From Bacteroidaceae bacterium (GTDB taxonomy: Bacteria > Bacillota > Clostridia > TANB77 > CAG-508), in contig CAVFFR010000004.1 of assembly GCA_963621875.1 (NCBI GenBank), positions 1 through 61,023 on the forward strand: a DNA stretch of 61,023 bases, in the 5' to 3' direction. Positions 1 through 9,110 of the stretch are shown here, piece by piece (position 1 is the first letter of the stretch; the number at the start of each line of letters is the position of its first letter). The position numbers were made by a program, and so were the translations under genes. The notes under the pieces are model-generated. The model did no database searches and was not told where the DNA came from. It saw nothing but the letters and a program-made list of their open reading frames with translations.

Positions 1-67
1 CTTCCCCTTTCCATTTGTATATTGTTATTATAAAACAATATGTTTTATAAATCAAGTATTAACTTTT

Positions 68-246
68 TTATTAAATATATAATTTAATAAAAGAATTAAT
101 TGTCCAAAACTCGTTCTACTCTAAAGAATATATAATTTTTAACATTTTTATTTTTCCCATTTTTTTATTTTTTAGTATTGATTTTTTCTTACAGCTATGC
201 TATAAATTAAGATAGTTAATTTTAATTAAATTATATATTTAATTAA
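68..246. promoter_or_regulatory. Inverton-like cassette, copy 1 (179 bp). The gene-proximal site is TTATTAAAT-ATATA-ATTTAATAA (68-90) and the distal site is TTAATTAAAT-TATAT-ATTTAATTAA (222-246). Between them lies a plus-strand promoter (TTGATT 178-183, 17-nt spacer, TGC-TATAAA 201-206) that points away from the minus-strand gene starting just beyond the left edge.
   Basis: Read directly from the sequence. The layout and internal distances match copies 2 and 3. A GGAAAGGGGAAG Shine-Dalgarno-like run on the minus strand at 1-12 implies a gene start just off-window. Confidence 0.6.
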
Positions 247-265
247 AAAAATATTGTTGCACAAA

Positions 266-307
266 AAAATCTAACTTTATAGATTTTATCTAAGAGTTAG
301 ATTTTTT
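266..307. terminator. Bidirectional stem-loop with an A-tract and a T-tract (AAAATCTAACT ... AGTTAGATTTT).
   Basis: An 11-bp stem (266-276 with 295-305) is flanked by an A-run and a T-run. Confidence 0.5.
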
Positions 308-374
308 ATGTATAGTGCATTTTATTTTTTAATTAATTTTATATTATGTAATTTATTACGAATATAAAAATTTT

Positions 375-400
375 GAGAAGCTCCAAATTTGGAGCTCCTC
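375..400 (-). terminator. Stem-loop directly downstream of the 414-749 CDS.
   Basis: GAGAAGCTCCAAA pairs with TTTGGAGCTCCTC as a 13-bp palindrome with one mismatch. The U-tract is weak. Confidence 0.45.
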
Positions 401-413
401 TTTGCGGGACATT

Positions 414-749
414 TTAACTGTTCAGATAGATTATATATTTGCAAGGCTTATATGAAATTTGAAATTCTCTTAAGGTCTTTAGCTCGTCTGGTGTGAATTT
501 GCCAACAAGCTGGATATTTCCCTTTTTGTTTTCATAATGGATTCTCTTAATTAAACTATTCTTTATGTTGTAAATATTTCTAAATTTACGAGTATTCACT
601 ACATAAAGATATGGTCTAATTTCGAAGTACTTGCTTAAAAATTCCAACTGTTCCTGCCTTAGCTTCCACTGAACAGATTTAACTTTTCTACTCTGCAAGT
701 CTTTCAGCTGATACAATATTCTGCGCAACCGATAGTCTTTGCCTTTCAA
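414..749 (-). CDS. Hypothetical small basic protein (111 aa).
   Basis: ORF with GGAGGGAAC upstream of the ATG. I recognise no family. Confidence 0.55.
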   Translation of the reverse strand: MKGKDYRLRRILYQLKDLQSRKVKSVQWKLRQEQLEFLSKYFEIRPYLYVVNTRKFRNIYNIKNSLIKRIHYENKKGNIQLVGKFTPDELKTLREFQISYKPCKYIIYLNS

Positions 750-825
750 AATGTTCCCTCCTTTACTTTTGATAATTATAGTATATCACATTTTGCTTTA
801 TTTTTAAAGCTTTTATTTGATTTTA

Positions 826-2304
826 TTATAATATTATGCAAATTAATCCTCCGCTTCCCTCATTTATTATTCTTTCTAATGTTTCTTGTAACTTCTCCTG
901 TGCATCTTCTGGCATTTTTAATAGTTTTGTTTGTAATCCTTCGTTTACTAACTCATGTAGACTTTTTCCGAATATATTTGATTCCCATATTTTTTTTGGA
1001 TCACTTTCGAACTCCGAAAGTAAATATTCTACAAGCTCTTGTGACTGTTTTTCACTTCCCACTATTGGAGATACTTCTGTTTCTATATCTGCCCTTATCA
1101 TATGTATTGATGGAGCTTTTGCTCTTAATTTAACACCATAACGTGAACCTTGCTTTACCATCTCTGGTTCTTCTAGTAATAATTCATCTATTGATGGACT
1201 TACTATTCCATATCCTTTTGTATTTACTTCTTGTAGTGCTACTGCTATTTTGTCATATTCCTTCTTTACATTTGCAAAAGAAATCATTGTTGAGAATAGC
1301 TCCCCTTCATTTGTAATTGGAACCTTTGATATTTCGGTTAACACTTTATAGAATAAATTATCTAGTAAGTTTATTGTGATGTTAATACTCCCTGTTCCAA
1401 GCTGTATTTCGTTTATTATGCTATTTGATATTACTTCTGTACCTTGAAGATTTGTAATTCTATTATCTATTTGTTTTAATATTGACACATCTTTAAAAGT
1501 GGTTTTTATTTCATCATATAATTCTTCTTTTAGCCAATGATCTTCTGGAAGTCCATCAACCCATCTTGGAAAACTAATGTTAACTCTGTCTATTGGAAAT
1601 TCATACAACACTCTGCCAAATATTTCATCTACTTTATCTCTTGACAAGTTTTCGCAATCTGTTGGTATTACTTGTGCATCATATTTTTCTTGTAATTTTT
1701 CTGCTAAGCTTCTTGTATAGGCTGATTCTGGCTCACTTGAGTTAAGAACTATTATAAATGGTTTATTTAATTCTTTCAGTTCTTTTACAACTCTTTCTTC
1801 TGCACCAATATAATCTTCTCTTGGAATGTCTGTTACACTTCCATCTGTTGTTACTAACACTCCGATTGTTGAATGCTCTTTAATTACTTTTCTTGTTCCG
1901 ATCTCAGCCGCTTCTTCAAATGGAATTTCTTCTGTATTCCACGGAGTTTTTACCATTCTTGGCATATCATCTTCTAAATATCCTATAGCATTGTTTACTA
2001 GATATCCTACGCAATCAACTAATCTAACATTTAATTTTATATTATCTCCAACAGTTATTCCAACTGCTTCATTTGGTACAAATTTAGGCTCTGTTGTCAT
2101 TATTGTTCTTCCACCAGCGCTTTGTGGTAATTCATCTTGTGCTCTTTCTCTTTTATATTCATTATCAATATTTGGAATTACTAACAAATCCATAAATCTT
2201 TTTATAAACGTAGACTTTCCAGTTCTTACAGGACCAACAACACCAACATAAATATCTCCATCTGTTCTTTGTGCTATATCTTGATATAACATATTATCTT
2301 TCAT
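826..2304 (-). CDS. spoIVA: Stage IV sporulation protein A (spore-coat morphogenetic ATPase).
   Basis: 492 aa with an N-terminal Walker A motif GPVRTGKST. Length and overall sequence are typical of SpoIVA. Confidence 0.93.
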   Translation of the reverse strand: MKDNMLYQDIAQRTDGDIYVGVVGPVRTGKSTFIKRFMDLLVIPNIDNEYKRERAQDELPQSAGGRTIMTTEPKFVPNEAVGITVGDNIKLNVRLVDCVGYLVNNAIGYLEDDMPRMVKTPWNTEEIPFEEAAEIGTRKVIKEHSTIGVLVTTDGSVTDIPREDYIGAEERVVKELKELNKPFIIVLNSSEPESAYTRSLAEKLQEKYDAQVIPTDCENLSRDKVDEIFGRVLYEFPIDRVNISFPRWVDGLPEDHWLKEELYDEIKTTFKDVSILKQIDNRITNLQGTEVISNSIINEIQLGTGSINITINLLDNLFYKVLTEISKVPITNEGELFSTMISFANVKKEYDKIAVALQEVNTKGYGIVSPSIDELLLEEPEMVKQGSRYGVKLRAKAPSIHMIRADIETEVSPIVGSEKQSQELVEYLLSEFESDPKKIWESNIFGKSLHELVNEGLQTKLLKMPEDAQEKLQETLERIINEGSGGLICIIL

Positions 2305-2464
2305 TGATCTATTTACCTCCTTAAAATTTTCAATTGTCTAATCTGTTTGTACAATTAACTTTATTTAATGTATATTAAGCAGTCTAAAAGTTATGCATAA
2401 TTTTTTTACATATTTTTATATTTTTAGTAAAAACTATTATAAATATTTTTTGTGGAGGCTTATC

Positions 2465-4270
2465 TTGAAAGAAAATAAAATTAGTACAAAACCAAATAAC
2501 CAAAAAACCATTTCATCTATTGTCGGCTCTGTTAAAAAGTATCTTTATAAAATTTTTTATGAAGATAGTCCAACAGATTATGATTTTACTATTGGAGAAA
2601 CTACAAATTCTGTTGTAATCGATAAGAGTGCAACCTTTCCTTCTAGCACAGAGAATTTAGAACTAACAAATGAAAGTTTACAATGTTTTGATACTAGTAA
2701 AGATACTGTCTTTCAGTCTTTGGATGTTAATTTAGAGTATATTAAAGTTAGGTTTAATAGTATGGTCAATTCTGATGTTATTATTCGTGAATTTACTCTG
2801 AACGCCAGAGGTAAGCAATACAAGGCTTTCCTTGTTTTCATTGATGGTATGATTAATTCTGATATGATTAATAATTTTATTTTAAAACCTTTGATGTTGA
2901 AGAATACTGCTAATTCTTTTGACGGCTCTCAAAACAGAGTCTTGTCTGAAGTTAAGACTAATAATATTACTGTTAGGAAGGTAAAGAAATTCGACATTTT
3001 GGAGTATATTTCAACTTGTTTGCTACCTCAGAATGCTGTGAATAAATTTACTAAGTTTGATGATATTATAGCTGGTATTAATTCTGGTAATTGTGCATTG
3101 TTCTTAGATACTATAAATTTTGCTTTTGATATAGAGGTTAAAGGTTTTAGTCAGCGTGGTCTTGGAACTCCTGAAAATGAGATTGTTATTAGAGGTGCTC
3201 AGGTTGGATTTACAGAAAATTTGCGTACTAATACTTCTTTGCTAAGACGCTATGTTAATAACGAAAATTTAATTATTGAATCCACTAAAGTTGGTAAGAT
3301 TAGTAAAACACCTTGTGCAGTTTGTTATTTAAAGAATGTTGCTAATTCTGACTTAGTCGCTGAAGTTAAATATCGTATTAATAATCTTGGTGTTGATTAT
3401 CTGATTTCTTCTGGACAATTAGAGCAATTTATTCAGGATGATGATAATTCGAGTATTCCACAAATGGTTTCTACCGAAAGACCTGATAGAGCCTGTAATT
3501 TGCTCTTTTCTGGTAGGGTCGTAATTTTAGTAAATGGAAGTCCTTATGCTTTAGTTGCACCTGCTATATTTTCAGACTTTCTTGCATCTTCTGAAGATTT
3601 AAATTTAAAACATCAATATTCAAATTTTATAAGAGTATTAAGAATTATCGCATTTGTAATTTCGCTATTTTTACCAGGTCTTTACATTGCTATTACGAAT
3701 TTTCATCAAGAAATTATTCCGACAGAATTGCTATTTGCAATTGTTGCTTCAAGAGAAAATGTTCCTTTTCCTATTCTATTTGAAATTCTTGTTATGGAAT
3801 TTTCTTTTGAGCTTATACGAGAAGCTAGCATTAGAGTTCCCTCTCCTATTGGTCCAACTATAGGCATCGTAGGTGCTTTAATCTTAGGTCAAGCAGCGGT
3901 TGAAGCAAATGTAGTAAGTCCAATACTTATTATTATAGTTTCTATTACTGCTATATGTTCTTTTGCTGTTCCTGATTTTTCTTTGGGATTTCACTTTAGA
4001 ATTATGCGTTTCTTTTACATTATTTTAGGTGCCATTGCAGGTTTTCTAGGACTTGCTGCAGGTTTTTGTATTCATCTAATTGTTTTATGTAATTTAAAGT
4101 CCTTTGGAGTACATTTTTTTGAGATTAATTTGTTCCAAAATCCTAAAACGGCTAGTGGCACAATTTTATCTCCTGCTTGGAAAAGAGAAGATCGTCCTAG
4201 TTTTCTTAAGTCTAAAAGGCCAAAGATTCAAGATGATATAAGTATAAAATGGAGATATAATAAAAAATAA
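2465..4270 (+). CDS. Spore germination protein, GerA-family A subunit.
   Basis: GerA-type soluble domain plus C-terminal TM helices. The likely start is TTG 2465, 6 nt after GGAGG (2454-2458). The ORF-track start at 2393 lacks an RBS. Confidence 0.85.
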   Translation: MKENKISTKPNNQKTISSIVGSVKKYLYKIFYEDSPTDYDFTIGETTNSVVIDKSATFPSSTENLELTNESLQCFDTSKDTVFQSLDVNLEYIKVRFNSMVNSDVIIREFTLNARGKQYKAFLVFIDGMINSDMINNFILKPLMLKNTANSFDGSQNRVLSEVKTNNITVRKVKKFDILEYISTCLLPQNAVNKFTKFDDIIAGINSGNCALFLDTINFAFDIEVKGFSQRGLGTPENEIVIRGAQVGFTENLRTNTSLLRRYVNNENLIIESTKVGKISKTPCAVCYLKNVANSDLVAEVKYRINNLGVDYLISSGQLEQFIQDDDNSSIPQMVSTERPDRACNLLFSGRVVILVNGSPYALVAPAIFSDFLASSEDLNLKHQYSNFIRVLRIIAFVISLFLPGLYIAITNFHQEIIPTELLFAIVASRENVPFPILFEILVMEFSFELIREASIRVPSPIGPTIGIVGALILGQAAVEANVVSPILIIIVSITAICSFAVPDFSLGFHFRIMRFFYIILGAIAGFLGLAAGFCIHLIVLCNLKSFGVHFFEINLFQNPKTASGTILSPAWKREDRPSFLKSKRPKIQDDISIKWRYNKK

Positions 4271-4320
4271 GGTTATGAATCCTTTAAAAATTCAAATTTT
4301 TGTATAAAGGAGTATTTACA

Positions 4321-5433
4321 TTGAGTGTCAATAAAGTTAGTACAGTTGAAGCTATTGCTTTGGTTTTAATAGTTGTAGTTAATAGATTAACTATCAGTCT
4401 TCCTCAATCAATTATTATGTCTTGTGGATCTGCTGCACTTTTAAATGTTGTTTATATATGTATTATTACTCTTGTTTTTGTTTTTCTTATTACGAAATTA
4501 TTTAGGAGATTTGCAGGTAAAGATATTATTGATATTTCTGAGTTCTTAGGTGGAAAGTTTCTTAAAAATCTTATTGGTGTCGTCTTAATTTGCTATTTCA
4601 TATTTTTTACTTTTACTCTTTTAAGAGATTTCTCTGAGATTTTGAAAATTTTATATTTTCCTAATGTACCAATCACATATATTCTTGCATTTTTTATTAT
4701 AGTATGTGTTGTTGCAAATTTGGTTGGCTCTAAGAGTATAATAAATTCTAATGTATTGCTATGTTTCTCTATTATTGCTGGAATTGTATTAGTTGGTATA
4801 TTTGTCTTTCCTTCTATAACTATACAAAGGATTTTTCCTATACTTGGCTATGGTGCTTATCAGACTTTTGTTGTTGGTCTTTCAGATATTTTTGCTTTTA
4901 ATGGGTTAATTATTTTATATTTACTACCTCCAATGTTAGAAAATAAGGCAGATTTCAAGAAAATTAGTGTTGTTTCGACTGTTATCGCTGGACTCCTTCT
5001 TATTCTTTCTATTGTAACTTTATTACTTCCATTTTCTTTTAGTACAAAAATTAGGAAGATAACGCCTTTGTATTTATTGCTTTCTAATAATGAATTTGGA
5101 AAATATGTACAACATCCTGAGTCTATATTTGTGTTTACTTGGATTATTTCGATTATGTCTTATTTAAATGTTGCTTGTATGTTCATTTTACAAATCGCAA
5201 AAAAACTTTTAAAAGTGAGGCATATAAAACCTTTGATTATACCTATTGGGTTTTTGCTTTTCTTTACGAGTTTGATTCCACATAGTATTATGCAAGCTCG
5301 TTATTGGTGGCTTTTTGCTTATAAATATATTTCTGGTCCTTTGCTTTTTATATTGCTACCGCTTATATTGATTTTTGCAAATATAAAGTATAAAAAAGTT
5401 CACAAAAACGATTATGATGTTCTTAAAGAATAG
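4321..5433 (+). CDS. Spore germination protein, GerAB-type B subunit (amino-acid-permease-like, about 10 TM).
   Basis: Polytopic membrane ORF in the second position of a ger operon. The likely start is TTG 4321, 8 nt after AAGGAG (4307-4312). Confidence 0.8.
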   Translation: MSVNKVSTVEAIALVLIVVVNRLTISLPQSIIMSCGSAALLNVVYICIITLVFVFLITKLFRRFAGKDIIDISEFLGGKFLKNLIGVVLICYFIFFTFTLLRDFSEILKILYFPNVPITYILAFFIIVCVVANLVGSKSIINSNVLLCFSIIAGIVLVGIFVFPSITIQRIFPILGYGAYQTFVVGLSDIFAFNGLIILYLLPPMLENKADFKKISVVSTVIAGLLLILSIVTLLLPFSFSTKIRKITPLYLLLSNNEFGKYVQHPESIFVFTWIISIMSYLNVACMFILQIAKKLLKVRHIKPLIIPIGFLLFFTSLIPHSIMQARYWWLFAYKYISGPLLFILLPLILIFANIKYKKVHKNDYDVLKE

Positions 5434-5444
5434 GAGTTTTAAAT

Positions 5445-6722
5445 ATGAGGATTTTAAAAAGTTTTAGAACTATATTGGTTATATGTATTATAATTGCTGT
5501 ATCTGCTATTGCTTTTTCTGGTATTTACAGTACTAATAATATTGATAAGCTTTCTTATGTTCTTGCCTTAGGAATTGATGTTGGTAAAAATAACAACATT
5601 GAGCTTAGTGTTCAACTTGCCAAACCTGGCGGAAGTTCGAGAAAATCTGGTAGCTCAAGTCAGTCATCTAATAATATTGTAAATTCAATAGAGTGTTCTT
5701 CCATAGAATCTGGTATAAATTTATTTAATAGTTATATTAGTAAAAAGCTTAATATGGGACATTGTAAGGTTATTGTATTTTCTGAGGAAGTGGCTTCTAA
5801 AGGAGTGTCAACACATTTATATACTTTGTTAAATAGTGTTGAAGTAAGCTCTCAGGCCAACATTGTTGTTAGTAAATGTTCTGCAAAAGATTTTTTAGAG
5901 CATTCTAGTCCTTTGCTTGAATCTCTTTCTTCTAGATATTATGATGTTGCATCAGCTTCAAGTGAATACACTGGTTATACTCAAAATATTTCTTTGCTTG
6001 ATTTTTTCTCTAACCAAGTAGATCATTTTATGCAGCCTGTTGCAATTCTTGGCTCTATTAATACTGGTGATACAACTAATTCATCTGTTGGCGAAAGTTC
6101 TAGTAATAAAAGTTCTACAGATTTAACGAATAAAGATAGCTCATATAAAGCTGGTGAATCTCCAATAAGTTCTTCTGGTAATCTTGAAAATATGGGACTA
6201 GCAATTTTTAGATATGATACTCTAGTAGGCGAACTTACTGGTTTGGAATCTATTTGTCATCTGATTATTTCTAATGATTTGAAATCTTGTAACATTAGTA
6301 TTCCAAATCCAATTGGTGATTCTGAAAATTTAGATATTAATGTTAGACTCGCACATAAGACCAAGAACAGTGTCCAGTTTGTAAATGGTACACCTTATAT
6401 TGCTTCTAATATAAAATTGAGGGTTCAAATTATTTCTACTACTGAAGATTCTGCACTCGATAAAGCAAATTACTTTACTCCTGAACATATTGACCTTATA
6501 GAAGAAGCTTGTAATAATTATATGCAAAAGGTTATTTCTGAATATTTATATAAAACTGCCAAAGAGTACAATGCTGATATTGATGGTTTCGGAAAGTATG
6601 CTGCAAAATATTTTGTCACTCTCCAAGATTGGGATAATTATAATTGGCTAGATAATTATCAAAATAGTACTTTTAATGTAAAGATTGATACTAATGTTAA
6701 GTCTGGTTATACTTTCTTATAA
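5445..6722 (+). CDS. Spore germination protein, Ger(x)C-type C subunit (lipoprotein-like).
   Basis: Third gene of the A-B-C operon. It has an N-terminal signal or anchor and a Ser-rich linker. Confidence 0.8.
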   Translation: MRILKSFRTILVICIIIAVSAIAFSGIYSTNNIDKLSYVLALGIDVGKNNNIELSVQLAKPGGSSRKSGSSSQSSNNIVNSIECSSIESGINLFNSYISKKLNMGHCKVIVFSEEVASKGVSTHLYTLLNSVEVSSQANIVVSKCSAKDFLEHSSPLLESLSSRYYDVASASSEYTGYTQNISLLDFFSNQVDHFMQPVAILGSINTGDTTNSSVGESSSNKSSTDLTNKDSSYKAGESPISSSGNLENMGLAIFRYDTLVGELTGLESICHLIISNDLKSCNISIPNPIGDSENLDINVRLAHKTKNSVQFVNGTPYIASNIKLRVQIISTTEDSALDKANYFTPEHIDLIEEACNNYMQKVISEYLYKTAKEYNADIDGFGKYAAKYFVTLQDWDNYNWLDNYQNSTFNVKIDTNVKSGYTFL

Positions 6723-6776
6723 TTTATATGCAAAAATAAATCGCTAAAGATGTTTCCCTTTTTAGCGATTTATTTC

Positions 6777-7658
6777 TTAAATTACAATATCTCTTTTTAG
6801 TTTATTATTAGCAACTATTCCAAGTCCTATAAAAATATTATTTATATTATATATTCTATAAATTTCATCTTCTTTTTTTGTGTCTATCTTAACACCGTTT
6901 ATATATTGTTCTAGCTGTTTTTGAGTTAGTTTAATTTGAGATTTATCTTTAAATATTTCCTCTATTGTTATTAGGTTTTCTAAATTGCCACTTTCTATTT
7001 TTTCTTTCATCTCAGATATTGTTACTGCATCTGTTATATAGAATTCTCCTACTTGTAGTCTATTTAGTTCCTTCATATATCCTACAGTTCCAAGTTTTTT
7101 GCTAATATCTTCACAAAGGCTTCTTATATATGTACCTTTTGAACATTTTACTTTAAATAATATTTGTTTTTCTTTTTCATTTATACTTACTAACTGAATA
7201 CTATAAATTTCGATTTGTCTTGGTTTTAGTTCTACTTCTTGCCCTTTTCTTGCATATTCATATAGCTTTTTTCCATTTACTTTAATTGCAGAATATATTG
7301 GTGGAATTTGTTCCTGCTTACCAATAAATTGTTGCAATTTTTCTTCTATATTATCTTTATTTAACATTTCTGCAGTAACTTCTTTTTCTTCAATTACTTT
7401 TCCTTCTACATCTGCTGTTTCTGTTCTAGTTCCTAATTGCAATACTACTTCGTATTCTTTATTGTGGTTTATTAGATATTTTGATATTTTAGTGGCATTT
7501 CCAATTAATAGTGGTAACACACCAGTAGCATTAGGGTCTAATGTACCAGTGTGTCCTACTTTAGATTTTGTTATTTTTTTTACAATGTTTACAACATCAT
7601 TAGAAGTATAGTTTTTTTCTTTATTTATTATAATTATACCATCCATTTTATTTCTCAC
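6777..7658 (-). CDS. truB: tRNA pseudouridine-55 synthase.
   Basis: The HTGTLDP catalytic Asp motif is present and the gene follows rbfA and nrnA. The true start may be ATG 7646 (MDGIIII). Confidence 0.93.
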   Translation of the reverse strand: MRNKMDGIIIINKEKNYTSNDVVNIVKKITKSKVGHTGTLDPNATGVLPLLIGNATKISKYLINHNKEYEVVLQLGTRTETADVEGKVIEEKEVTAEMLNKDNIEEKLQQFIGKQEQIPPIYSAIKVNGKKLYEYARKGQEVELKPRQIEIYSIQLVSINEKEKQILFKVKCSKGTYIRSLCEDISKKLGTVGYMKELNRLQVGEFYITDAVTISEMKEKIESGNLENLITIEEIFKDKSQIKLTQKQLEQYINGVKIDTKKEDEIYRIYNINNIFIGLGIVANNKLKRDIVI

Positions 7659-7659
7659 T

Positions 7660-8610
7660 TTATTTTAAATAACATTTTATTCCATTTAATATTTGATTTT
7701 TTGCTTGCTCGATAGTGCCTTGTATTGTACATCCAGCAGCACGAATATGTCCGCCTCCGCCAAACATCATAGCAACTTGTGATACATTAACATAGTTTTT
7801 AGAACGTAATGATACTTTTATTCCTTTGTCTGTTTCTCTTAAGAATACTGAAACTTCCACATTTTCTATGTCTCTACCATTTTCTACTATTCCATCATAA
7901 TCTCCGTTAGATGCTCCAACTAAAGCTTCATCTTCTTTAGTAACATATGTAAATGTAACTTTGTCGTCATACAAAAATTCTAATCTATTTAGTGCTATTC
8001 TATGTAATTCAAATTTTGCTCTTGTTTTACTTGCAAATACCTGCTGATATACTTTAGATACTTTTACGCCTTTCTCACAAAGTTCAGCAACAAAGTGAAA
8101 AGTTTCAGCTGTTACTCCATCATATCTAAATCCGCCTGTATCGGTGATTATTCCTGTTAATATACAAGTTCCAATTTCTTTTGTAACCTCTATTTTAAAG
8201 TAGCTAAATACTACTAATAAAAGTTGAGCACAAGCTGGTGCATCTTGATCTACATAGTTAAAATCTGCATACATTGTATTACTGCTATGATGATCTATTA
8301 ATACTCTTGTTTCTGCGTTGTCAAAGTATTTTGCACAACCATTTAATAGTTTTGTACTTGCACAGTCTAGTGATATAGCTAAATCATATTTTTCTATTTC
8401 TGATTCTTTTATTATTTTGTCTGCTCCTGGAAGGAATTCAAAAACTTTAGGAAATTCAGGTATTATAACATCCGTATCTTTTCCTAATTGTTCTAATGCT
8501 AATTTCATAGCAAGAGCACTTCCAATAGCATCTCCATCTGGATTTTCATGTACGACTATGGCTATTTTATCTGCTTTTTTTATTTCTTCTAAAATATTAT
8601 CTAGTGTCAT
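7660..8610 (-). CDS. nrnA: DHH/DHHA1 phosphoesterase (NrnA-like oligoribonuclease / pAp phosphatase).
   Basis: The motifs DGDAIGS, DHH and GGGH are present, and the gene sits between rbfA and truB. Confidence 0.85.
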   Translation of the reverse strand: MTLDNILEEIKKADKIAIVVHENPDGDAIGSALAMKLALEQLGKDTDVIIPEFPKVFEFLPGADKIIKESEIEKYDLAISLDCASTKLLNGCAKYFDNAETRVLIDHHSSNTMYADFNYVDQDAPACAQLLLVVFSYFKIEVTKEIGTCILTGIITDTGGFRYDGVTAETFHFVAELCEKGVKVSKVYQQVFASKTRAKFELHRIALNRLEFLYDDKVTFTYVTKEDEALVGASNGDYDGIVENGRDIENVEVSVFLRETDKGIKVSLRSKNYVNVSQVAMMFGGGGHIRAAGCTIQGTIEQAKNQILNGIKCYLK

Positions 8611-8668
8611 TTTGTATTTCCTTTCGTTTAGTTTGCAAGGGGTAACTATTCAAATTAAGTTCAAATAG

Positions 8669-9049
8669 TTACTTGTTAAATTTTTCTTTTAACGCCTTGT
8701 CTTGTATACTAATCTGCTTTAAAATATTGTCTATCTTTTCTCCATTTTCTATTGAGTCATCATATTCAAATACTAGTTCTGGTGTAATTCTTAAATTAAC
8801 TGTTTTTGCTACTTGTGATCTTATAAAACCAGCAGATTCTTTTAATCCTTTCATTGTTTCTTCTACACTTTTAGGATTTAATATGCTTACATATACTTTT
8901 GCATATTTTAGGTCAGGTGTGACTTTAACTCTTGTTACACTAATCATCCCTGTTACATCTGGATTTTTTAGTTCATAAGTAATTATATGACTTATAGCCT
9001 TCATTAATTCCTCATTAACTCTGCCTAGTCTTGCTTCATTTTTACTCAT
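8669..9049 (-). CDS. rbfA: Ribosome-binding factor A.
   Basis: 126 aa, located downstream of infB, with a typical RbfA N-terminal region. Confidence 0.92.
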   Translation of the reverse strand: MSKNEARLGRVNEELMKAISHIITYELKNPDVTGMISVTRVKVTPDLKYAKVYVSILNPKSVEETMKGLKESAGFIRSQVAKTVNLRITPELVFEYDDSIENGEKIDNILKQISIQDKALKEKFNK

Positions 9050-9110
9050 ATTTTGACCTCATTTCTCTTTTATTTACAAGCCTAGTTGAGAAAAATATGT
9101 TTTTCTCAAC

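Noticed and set aside
171-206. Reading the conserved 30-nt block (GTATTGATTTTTTCTTACAGyTATGCTATA) as a minus-strand promoter aimed directly at the pilin-like genes.
   Set aside because: On the minus strand the block gives no acceptable -35/-10 pair. The best candidates are TAACTG or CTGTAA with no -10 hexamer at 16-18 nt. On the plus strand it reads TTGATT, 17 nt, TGC-TATA(A/T)A in all three copies.
836-2251. The plus-strand ORFs inside spoIVA, and the many similar 60-180-aa ORFs antisense to infB, ftsH, recG, dxs, polC and other genes.
   Set aside because: These are shadow ORFs opposite confidently identified genes. They have biased Leu/Phe/Ser/Ile composition and no RBS.
2305-2464. Sigma-E (spoIVA) and sigma-G (ger operon) promoters in the divergent intergenic region.
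   Set aside because: The candidate hexamers have the wrong spacing (for example GTATA, 21 nt, CATAATT). I cannot support a call by eye.
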